The notes under the pieces: model-generated
Told to the model about the DNA's origin: nothing
Seen by the model: only the letters and a program-made list of their open reading frames with translations
Databases searched by the model: none
Program-made: the position numbers and the translations under genes
In this document: positions 11,713 to 23,200 of the stretch, piece after piece
Layout of the letters: every line of letters begins with the position of its first letter
Numbering within the stretch: the first letter of the stretch is position 1
NCBI GenBank assembly: GCA_964016885.1
Contig: CAXHJY010000531.1
Location: 1-64,000 of the forward strand
Reading direction: 5' to 3'
From: Eledone cirrhosa
Lineage: Eukaryota
Length of the DNA stretch: 64,000 nucleotides

Positions 11713-14700
11713 CACCCAGTCCACACTGTAAATGTGGTTGGCATTAGGAAGGGCATCCAGCTGTAGAAACCAAGCCAAAATCAGTTCTGTGTGAGTGAGT
11801 CACGGTCCCCCGACTTGATCCCTCATAAAAGGACAGCCCGTCCCTCCTTCTTCTTCTTGAGAGGGTCATGAGTCCCCAAACACTCCTTCCAGCAGGTCCT
11901 GTCAGAAGCAACTATCTCCAAGCGAGACCAACCAAGCTCATGGATGTTGTCCAACTTTCATTTCTATATTTTTCTTTCACCACAGGAACCAATCGTTACT
12001 TCCGTACTATGGAACAACTTGGTATCACCATTACATTTGTTGATGCCACCAACATTGATAAATTTACAGCAGCCTTTAAAGAAAACACAAAGGTAAGGGA
12101 AAGTGTGTATGTTGAGGTGTAGTGTAGGGGTGTGTGTGTGGGGGGGGGGGGGGCTCTTGTTTTTGTTTTCTTTTGATACCAGACCACTTGAAGCTTTCCC
12201 CAATTTTCTACATGATTGTTAAAGGGTTATCTATGCTAACCCCTCTCCCCAACACACACACACATTAGCAGTGGAGATTTCTGGTGTCCTTGATCCTAAG
12301 ATCACCTTCCTCGTCGCCACTATCAGCACAGAGTTGGCTGCCTGCAGGTGTGAGCCTTGCAAGCTAGAATGGCTCTTTCAACGCATTTCCCTCACCAACC
12401 TCCAGGGAACGCTTTCTCTGTTGTGTCCACCGGGACCGTGGGGTGGCCAGCGGGTGGGCCTCCATTTGCTTATAGTAGTGAGAGATGGAGAGAGAGAGAG
12501 AAGGAGGAAGTGACTATACCAACATTGTTGAAGTATTTTGTAGAGTTAACGGTTAACCTTTTAGAATTTAAACCGGCCATATCCAGCCAGAATTCTCTCA
12601 CCTCTTTCTGTTCAAACCAGCTGTAACTGGCAACTCATACTGATATTAAGGTATTGTTCTCAAAATAAATAATTGTTTCTACTTTTGGCACAAGGCCAGC
12701 AATTACCCAGTGTATTACTGGTACTTTATTTTATCGACCCTGTAAGGATGAAAGGCAAAGTTAACTTCGGCGGGATTTGAACTCAGACCACAAAGGGCCG
12801 TAACTCTTTGCTGCAACTCAAAATAAATAATCAAAATCTTATAGATTTGATATTATGTGAGGTAAAGCCTTTTCTTTGAAAATATAATAGTATATATAGA
12901 GTAACGTAAATGCTAAAGGGTTAAGTTATGCTCCTTACACCAGCTTCATAATGAGAAAGTTAGTTATTTTTTCTAAATCCCCCAGATTCTTGATTATTTT
13001 CAACATTATTGTTAGCTGGTTGTGAAGGCTTGTAGCTTAGTGGATAAGGTGTTGGGATTGTATGATTGTGCATTTGATTCCCAGACTAGGCAGCACATTG
13101 ACTCCTTGAGCAGGGCACTTAATTTTCATAAGACTGGAGTCGCTATTTTTAAAACACTATAGAAGGCTATGAGATAAAACCTCATAGCAGGCCAGTTAAA
13201 CCTACATTTTCATAAGTATGAAGCCTGTTATGGGCCTCACAATGCTAACCCCTTCTTTAACTGGGAAAAAAATTACCTTAAAATGTTTGTTGTTGATTTA
13301 TTTACTTTGTTTTTATTTTTTTAAACTGCCAGCTTGTTTGGGTTGAGACCCCAACCAATCCATTAATGAAGGTTGTCGATATTGCTGCTATTTCAAAGAT
13401 AACCAAGGAGAAATCTAATGCTGTTGTTGCCATTGACAACACATTTTCTACCCCTTATTTCCAGGTAAATACCGTTTTTCTTTATTTATCTGGCCAGAAT
13501 TCTCTTACCTCTTTCTGTTCAAACTGGCTGTAACTGGCTGCTTACAACTGATGTTAAGGTATTGCTTTCAAGGTATCTACATCGGTGGTCGAATAAAATA
13601 CACCCAGTGCACTCTGTATTACTAACACCAGAATGTATGACAATAAAATAAAATAAAATACAGTAAGAGTAATAAGTAGAGAAAGTTAGGAATAGGTGGG
13701 ATATATATATATATATATATATATGAGTGCTCTATGTAGGTTACAGAGCTTAATAGTTATGTAATATACAACATAAGGTAATTATTTCATTTACCAGTGG
13801 TTTCTTGAAAGCAAACAAATCTGCTTTCAGTCGTCAGAATGAAAAAATCCTGGTGTTTTTATTGAATGTGGATTTGAAAACTTTGAATGTGGATTTTTCA
13901 TTCTGACGACTGAAAGCAGATTTGTTTGCTTTCAAGAAACCACTGGTAAATGAAATAATTATCTTATGTTGTTTATTACATAACTATATATATATATATA
14001 TATATATAGATAGATATAAATATATATAGAGAGAGATATAAATATATATGAGCAAGACACATTACTTCTCATTGTTCCAGTTCACTGAGTTGTAAAAATG
14101 AGTTACGTTGTCACTGGTGCCAAGCTGTATCGGCCATTGACTTTCCCTTGGACAACATCATATATAGTATATACATATACTGTACATCATCATCATCATC
14201 ATCATCAACGTTTAACGTCCGTGTTCCACGCTTGCATGGGTTTGGACGGGGGTAGTCCCACTTGAGGCAAGAGTGATTGTCTTGCTCGCATAGGACTGTC
14301 TGGCAGGTTTTCTACAGTTGGATGCCCTTCCTAACACCAACCACATTTACAGTGTGGGTCTGGGAGGTTTTTACCGTGTTGCCTACACGGCCACATTACA
14401 GCGTGGACTGTGTGTTTTTTTTTTAGTGTATATATAATGTACATAGTATACATATACTGTTCATACTGTATATATAATTGTTTCTACTTTTGGCACAAGG
14501 CCAGCAATTACCCCAGTGCATTACTGGTACTTTATTTTATCGACCTCATAAGGATGAAAGGCAAAGTTAACCTTGGCGGGATTTGAATTCAGATCATAAA
14601 GGGGCGTAAGTCTGTGCTGCAAAGTGTATATATTATTGTTTCTACTTTTGGCACAAGGCCAGCAATTAACCAGTGCATTACTGGTACTTTATTTTATCGA

Positions 14701-15091
14701 CCCCGTAAGGATGAAAGGCAAAGTTAACCTCGGCGGGATTTGAACTCAGAATGACAAGGGCCATAACTCTATGCGTCAAAGCATGGCATCCGACCCTCTA
14801 CCGATACTGCCAATCCAAGTGTATATATAATGTACATAGCATATACATATACTGTACATAGTGTATATATACTTTACACAGTGTATATATCATGTATATA
14901 TAGTGTATTTATGAGTTGTGATGTCACAGGTGCCAAGCTGTATCAGCCATTGCCTTTCCCTTGGACAACATATATATATATATATATGTATCATATTATA
15001 TTTATATATATATGTTGTGATGTCACTGTTGCCAAGCTGTATCAGCCATTGCCTTTCCCTTGGACAACATCATATATAGTGTATATATGAA

Positions 15092-15133
<42 letters not shown>

Positions 15134-18100
15134 CATATTATATTTATATATATATGTTGTGATGTCACTGTTGCCAAGCTGTATCAGCCATTGCCTTTCC
15201 CTTGGACAACATCATATATAGTGTATATATGAAACACACATATATATATATATATATATATATGTATCATATTATATTTATATATATATGTTGTGATGTC
15301 ACTGTTGCCAAGCTGTATCAGCCATTGCCTTTCCCTTGGACAACATCTGTGGCATGGAGAGAAGAGACTGGTATGTATGGGTGTCTGCTGGTCTTCCACA
15401 AACAACCTTACCCAGACTTGTGCCTCCGAGGGAAACTTTCTAGGTTTAAATCCCATTGTCATATGTAACCGAAGGGGGTCTTTACCCTTTACCCATTACC
15501 TTAAATATTCTTAACCTGTAGTGAGGTAATCTCTTTCAACCACTTAACACCAGCAGCTAATCACCATTCATAGTTCACTAAATCGGGAGTTCACATCTTC
15601 ACAGCAGGTTGTGTCGTTATATTTGGTAATGTAATCCTAGGTGTTTGATCCTTGAGCAAATTCCTTAACTTTTAGCGTGCTAGTAACTTCTTTGAGTTGT
15701 TTCCCTTGACACTGCATTATCTATGAGAGGGAGATTACTAATGGTGCCTTGTGTCGCCAACAGCATGTTGACAGTTATTTACAATAAACTATTTAAATTG
15801 ATCATTGTTTTAACTGTTTGTTTTTCATGTTTGAAACGTTCATTATTATTTTATTTTATTTCTTTGTTTTTTTTTTTTTCTCTATCCACCGGACTTGCTT
15901 CTAGCGACCCCTGGATTTTGGTGCTGATATTGTGGTTCATTCTATGACGAAATATATGAATGGTATATATTAATAATAATAATAATAATAATGAAATTAT
16001 TGTGTAAAATGCTCAGGTGCACTACAACTCGTCAAAGGTGTATGTATAGTACATAGAACAATACACAAATGTCAGGGAAGTGAATAGTGTATGAGTCATG
16101 GTATACGTGTGTGTATGTGTATGGAGGGGGAACATTAGCTGTAGTGTTGGCGGATCTCGGGAAGCATGGATGCCTTAAAGGATGCAGTGTCTCGACAGCA
16201 AACAACTGATTTTCTCAATAAGAATAATTGTTTCTACTTTTGGCACAAGGCCAGCAATTATCGCAGTGTATTACTGGTACTTTATTTTATCGACCCCATA
16301 AGTATGAAAGGCAAAATTAACCGTGGCAGCATTTGAACTCAGTTCATAAAGGGACGCAACTCTGTGCTGGAAAGCATGGCGTCCGACCCTCTACCGATAC
16401 TACCGAACCACCACCCATTAAGAATAATGCTTTCATCATACTGTTAATATTGCTGTTGTTATTGATGTTATTATTATTTTGATTATTAGGGTGGTTGGTT
16501 GGCAGTATCAGTACAGCGGCGAACACCATGCTTCGTGGCATAGAGTTATGTACCTTTACATTCTGAGTTCAGATGCCGCCGAAGTAAACTTTACCTTTCA
16601 TCCTTATGGGGTTGATAAAATAAAGTACCAGTAATACACTGGAATAATTGCTGGCCTTGTGCCCAAAGTAGAAACAATTATTATATAATATATATATATA
16701 TATATTTATTAAAATAACAGATTAAAGTTTAAGCAAAGAATCGCTGCTTTCACCCTTAACGAGATCTTCTGAAACTCTTGGCAGGATTTGAACTCAGATC
16801 ATAAAGGGACGCAACTCTATGCTGGAAAGCATGGCGTCCGACCTACCGATACTACGAGCCCTCTTTGGATTTTAGTCTTCAAATTTATTATTATTACTAT
16901 ATATATATTATATATATATATAAACAATGAGTTATAGGCTTTGTTGATAAGTATTCAACAGAGTTATGTTCATAACAGAAATGAAGCACTCTACAGCTAA
17001 AATCATCTGGAGTATTATAATAATCATTGTAATGAATGGAAAATATATCACTATAGCATCTTATTTTATTTCGGTCCTTTTTCTTCTTCTTCTTCTTCTT
17101 CTTCTTCTTCTTCTTCTTGGGATGGTACAAGCCTTGTGCCTAAATTAGACCGCATTATTATCCCACCGAGGTTAACTTTGCCTTACATCCTTACGGGGTC
17201 GATAAAATAAAGTACCAGTAATGTACTGGGTAATTGCTGGCCTTGTGCCAAAAGTAGAAACAATTATATATATTTCAAGGATATTAATTTATAGTATGCT
17301 TTCATCAGATAAAATACAATATGGATGAAAGGCAAAGTTAACCTCTGCGGGATTTGAACTCAGACCATAAAGGGCCGTAACTCTTTGCTGCAAAGCATGG
17401 CGTCCGACCCTCTACTGATACTGCCAATCCACCATAAAATATGATGCTATATTGATATATTTTCCATTTATTACTATTATTATATATATATAGAAACAAT
17501 TATATATATATATATATGTATATATAGTATATATACGTATATGTATATGTATATATATAGTAAAAAAGTTTGATAGAAAAATCCAAGGGTAAGAGCACTC
17601 AGTACATAGGACCCCTTTTTTAAAACTAATTTCTAAATTAGCTGCCTTTGTTTAAACTCTTATGTTATATTTCTGAAAGGAAATCACAAACAATGTCTGG
17701 CGGCCATTTTTCTTTTTCTTATGACAGACTGAATGAGGTGGGGTCCAGAACCCAACGAAACTTCAGTACCTGTTTATGTCACTGTTGTAATTATATATAT
17801 TGTTGTTCATATTGTTGTTGTAGGCCACTCTGATGCTGTGATGGGTTGTATTGCACTCAACGATGATAAAATGGCTGCAAGGCTACGATTTTTACAGAAT
17901 GGTAAACTGGAACATTTCTCTTTTGCATTCTTTGATTATTTTCAACACGCTGTGTGGGGGTGTGTAGGTGTGTGTAGTGCTGGTGTCATGATAAAATGCA
18001 CCCAGCAAAGTCGTTGATGTATGGAAGAGCACTAACAAATGAACAAGATGGGGTGTGTAGGTGTGTGTAGTGCTGGTGTCATGATAAAATGCACCCAGCA

Positions 18101-18217
18101 AAGTCGTTGATGTATGGAAGAGCACTAACAAATGAACAAGATGGGGTTCCTTGATCAGGTATCTCAGACTAGATGATGATAGAGATGTGTGTATATATAT
18201 ATACATTCACAGAGAAA

Positions 18218-18251
<34 letters not shown>

Positions 18252-19574
18252 GGTAAAAGTATGACCCCGACGGCAGAGCTCAAGCCATTTCGACGGCTAT
18301 TTCTGGACTCATTTCAGTCCAGATATAGCCATCGAAACGGCTTGAGCTCTGCCGTCGGGGTCATACTTTTTCCTATTACCCACTCTACTACCCTAAGTAT
18401 TGAGTACTCTGGTGCGTTATGGTCCATCTGGTTCCTTACCACAACTCCTTTGTTATATATATATATATAAATATATATATAGAGAGAGAGAGAGAAAGAG
18501 AAAATTGTATGTATATGTGTGTGTGTATAAATAGGCGTGTGTGTATGTATATATAGGGAGAGAAATGTATGTAGAGGGAAAGAAAATTGTATGTATATGT
18601 GTCTGTATATATAGGTGTGTGTGTATATATATATATAGGGAGAGCAATGTGTGTGTGTGTATATGGAGAGCAATGTATGTGTGTGTGTATATATATGGAG
18701 AGCAATGTATGTGTGTGTGTATATATATGGAGAGCAATGTATGTGTGTGTGTATATATATATGGAGAGCAATGTACGTGTGTGTATATATATATAGGGAG
18801 AGCAATGTATGTGTGTGTGTGTATATATATGGAGAGCAATGTACGTGTGTGTATATATATATAGAGAGAGAGAGCAATGTATGTGTGTGTGTATATATAT
18901 AGGGAGAGCAATGTATGTGTGTGCACACTTACCTGTATTATATAAACCTGTATTACGGGGTCGATAAAATAAAGTACCAGTAATACACTGGGATAATTGT
19001 TGGCCTTATGCTAAATGTAGAAACAATTATATAAACCTGTATTCCCTTTTTACAGCTTGTGGTGCAATCCCGTCACCATTTGACTGCTTTCTTGTGAACC
19101 GTGGCTTGAAAACTCTTCATGTCCGGATGCAGGAACACCAGAAGAATGGTCTGGCAGTGACAAAGTTTCTGGAGAGTAACCCAAGGGTGGTGAAAGTTAT
19201 ACATCCTGGTAGGTTTAACTTTGGCTCTTTCTGAAGTTTATATATATCATCATCATCATCATCATCATTTTTATGTCCGCTTTTCCCTGCTTGCAAGGGT
19301 CGGATGGGAACTGATTTCTACAGCTGGATGCCCTTCCTAACACCAACCTCATTTACAGTGTGGACTGGGTGCTTTTGTGCCGTGGCACCTCTACGACCAC
19401 TTTGCAGTGGAATGATATGGACTCCAGTCCCTATCATCTCATTTCTACAGCTGAGTAAACTGGAGCAATGTGAAATAAAGTGTCTTGCTCAAGGAAACAA
19501 CACATCACCCAGTCTGAGAATTGAACTCACAACCTTTCGATTGCAATTACAATGCTATAACCACTAAACCATGT

Positions 19575-19643
<69 letters not shown>

Positions 19644-20169
19644 TCATCAACATTTAACGTCCATCTTCCACGCTTGCATGGGTTTGGACGGGGGTTTTCC
19701 CACTTGAGGCAAGAGTGATTGTCTTGCTCGCATAGGACTGTCTGGCAGGTTTTCTACAGTTGGATGCCCTTCTTAACACCAACCACATTTACAGTGTGGG
19801 TCTGGGAGGTTGTTACCGTATTGCCTACACGGCCACATTACAGCGTGGATTGTGTGTTTTTTTGTCGTGACACCTACACGATCTCATTTGTTTCGGCCTG
19901 GATGGTGTGGCACCAACATAACTTTACATAGAAGGGGGCGGTGTGGATGGGGTGGGGGTGGGTGGGACGGGGGTGTATTTTGTTAGGGATGCCTACTGAC
20001 TGTAGTAGGTTTTACTATGTATTTAGGTAAGGCGGGTCTTCTCTATTACTAAGTACCGCCAAAGGTCTCGGTCCAGTGACATTGTCTTGGAGAGGTGTAA
20101 GTGTGTGAGGTCGGAGTTTATCAGCTCGTCCCAGGTTTTTCTAGGTCTGCCTATTCCGTGGCTACCGTC

Positions 20170-20218
<49 letters not shown>

Positions 20219-23200
20219 AGGCATATGATATATATATATGGAGGCATATGATATATATATATGGAGGCATATGATATATATATATGGAGGCATATGATAT
20301 ATATATATGGAGGCATATGATATATATATATATAGAGGCATATGATATATATATATAGAGGCATATGATATATATATATAGAGGCATATGATATATATAT
20401 ATATATATAGAGGCATATGATATATATATATATATATATATAGAGAGGCATATGATATATATATATATATATATATATATGGAGGCATATGATATATATA
20501 TATATATATATCATCATGCACACACACATACACAATCACATGCACACACATGAATACTTAATTGCTCACGCACATGCACGTACACACACACATGAATACT
20601 TAATTGCTCACATGCACATGCACACACGCACACACATGCACATGCCCACGCACACACACATGCAAACGCACACACCCGCATGCACACACACTCACATGAA
20701 TCCTTAATTGCTCACGTAAACACGCTTAGGAATATGGTTGAATACACACCTGCATTGCAGCCCCACCCCCCAATTACACCAAAATACACACAAACGCCCA
20801 CACACAAGAACATAGGAGCCAATGGCTCTGTATATACCTTCTCGGCCCACATACCACAACAAAAATGTATCTTTTGTCGCATCACCTCCCCATCCTCATC
20901 ACCCCCACTCCCCCCGTCAACCACCCCACTTCCATCACCCTCTCCCCTTCCCCATCATCCCCTCTCTTCCCTTCCCCAACCACATCACCTCCCAGGTCTA
21001 CCTTCTCACACACGTGTGTACACCCCCCCTCTCTCACCATCTCTTCTCCTCTCTCCCTAACAGGTCTGCCTTCTCACCCTCAATATGAATTGTCCAGACG
21101 ACAGATGCGAGGCTTCAGTGGAATGGTCTCCCTCTATATCAAAGGTGGAATTGAAGAATCCAAGAAGTTTCTCCAATCTTTAAAGGTAAATCATTCTTCT
21201 TTCTTTTCTTTCTCCTACTTACTGTTCAATGTATCACCTCTATAATCTGTGGTTTGATGAGCTTAAACTTAACCCCTTGGCTTAAACTCAACCCCTTGGC
21301 TTAAACTCAACCCCTTGGCTTAAACTCAACCCTTTGGCTTAAACTCAACCCCTTGGCTTAAACTCAACCCCTTGGCTTAAACTCAATCCCTTGGCTTAAA
21401 CTCAACCCTTTGGCTTAAACTCAACCCCTTGGCTTAAACTCAACCCCTTGGCTTAAACTCAATCCCTTGGCTTAAACTCAACCCCTTAGCTTAAACTCAA
21501 CCCCTTGGCTTAAACTCAACCCCTTGGCTTAAACTCAACCCCTTGGCTTAAACTCAACCCTTTGGCTTAAACTCAACCCCTTGGCTTAAACTCAACCCCT
21601 TGGCTTAAACTCAATCCCTTGGCTTAAACTCAACCCTTTGGCTTAAACTCAACCCCTTAGCTTAAACTCAACCCCTTAGCTTAAACTCAACACCTTGGCT
21701 TAAACTCAACCCCTTAGCTTAAACTCAACCCCTTGGCTTAAACTCAACCCCTTAGCTTAAACTCAACACCTTGGCTTAAACTCAACCCCTTGGCTTAAAC
21801 TCAACCCCTTGGCTTAAACTCAATCCCTTGGCTTAAACTCAACCCCTTGGCTTAAACTCAACCCCTTGGCTTAAACTCAATCCCTTGGCTTAAACTCAAC
21901 CCTTTGGCTTAAACTCAACCCCTTGGCTTAAACTCAACCCCTTGGCTTAAACTCAACCCCTTGGCTTAAACTCAACCCTTTGGCTTAAACTCAACCCCTT
22001 GGCTTAAACTCAACCCTTTGGCTTAAACTCAACCCCTTGGCTTAAACTCAACCCCTTGGCTTAAACTCAACCCTTTGGCTTACCAGGTCAATAAAATAAA
22101 GCACCAGTAATGCACTGGGGTCAATTTAATGAACTCCCGCCCCCCAAAAAAAATTGCTGGCCTTCTGCTTATAGTAGAAATTATTATTTGGTTTGGCAGT
22201 ATGGGTAGAGCGTCGGACACCATGCTTTGCAGCATAGGGTTATGGCCCTTTACGTTCTGAGTTCAAATCTGCTGAGGTTAACTTTGCCTTTCATCCTTAC
22301 AGGGTCAATAAAATAAAATACCAGTAATGCACTGGGGTCGATTTAATCTACTTTCCTCTCCCCTAATTGCTGGCCTTGTGCCTACTGTAGAAATCATTTT
22401 TATTATTTCTTCTATTAAATACTTTATAGTGTTTGTACCGGTTCTTTGACATTCTGAGTTCAAATCTGCCAAGGTTAACTTTGTCGTTCATCCTTACGGG
22501 GGTCGATAAAATAAAGTACCAGTAATGCACTGGTTAGTAACAATTAATTCTCATGTGTGTTTTTATTTATTTATTTATTTGATTTTTAAATTTTATTTCC
22601 AGCTTTTCACAACAGCTGAAAGTTTGGGTGGCTTTGAAAGCCTTATTGAATTACCGTAAGTTTGTCTTAGTTGATATTTACTGTCTATTGTTGTTGTGGG
22701 TGATGAACAGGAGTAGAGGTTGGGTTGGGGTGTGGTGGAGAATCATTTCAATCTGAACGGCCATTTTTAGATTTAATCCTTTAGCATTTAAACCGGCTGT
22801 ATCCAGCCAGAATTCTCTCACCTCTTTCTGTTCAAACCGGCTGTAACTGGCCACTCATACTTATGTTAAGGTATTGTTCTCAAAATAAATACTATCAAAA
22901 TCTCATAAATTCGATATTATGTGAAGTAAAGCCTTTACTGTGAAAATACAATAGTAAATATAGAGTAATGTAAATGCTAAAGGGTTAAATGAATCTATAT
23001 TATTATAAGAACGCTCTCTGGCTGTTTGTCCATCTGTCATGCTCACTTATTATAGAGAGGGGGGAGATATGTACATAGGTACATAGATAGAGAGAGAAAA
23101 GGGAACGCTGTGTGTTTTCGAGGTAACAGACAGAGGTAGACAGATAGAAAGTTATGATGTCGCCCTCATCTATATACAGAGAGGGGTAGTGCCAAGAGAA

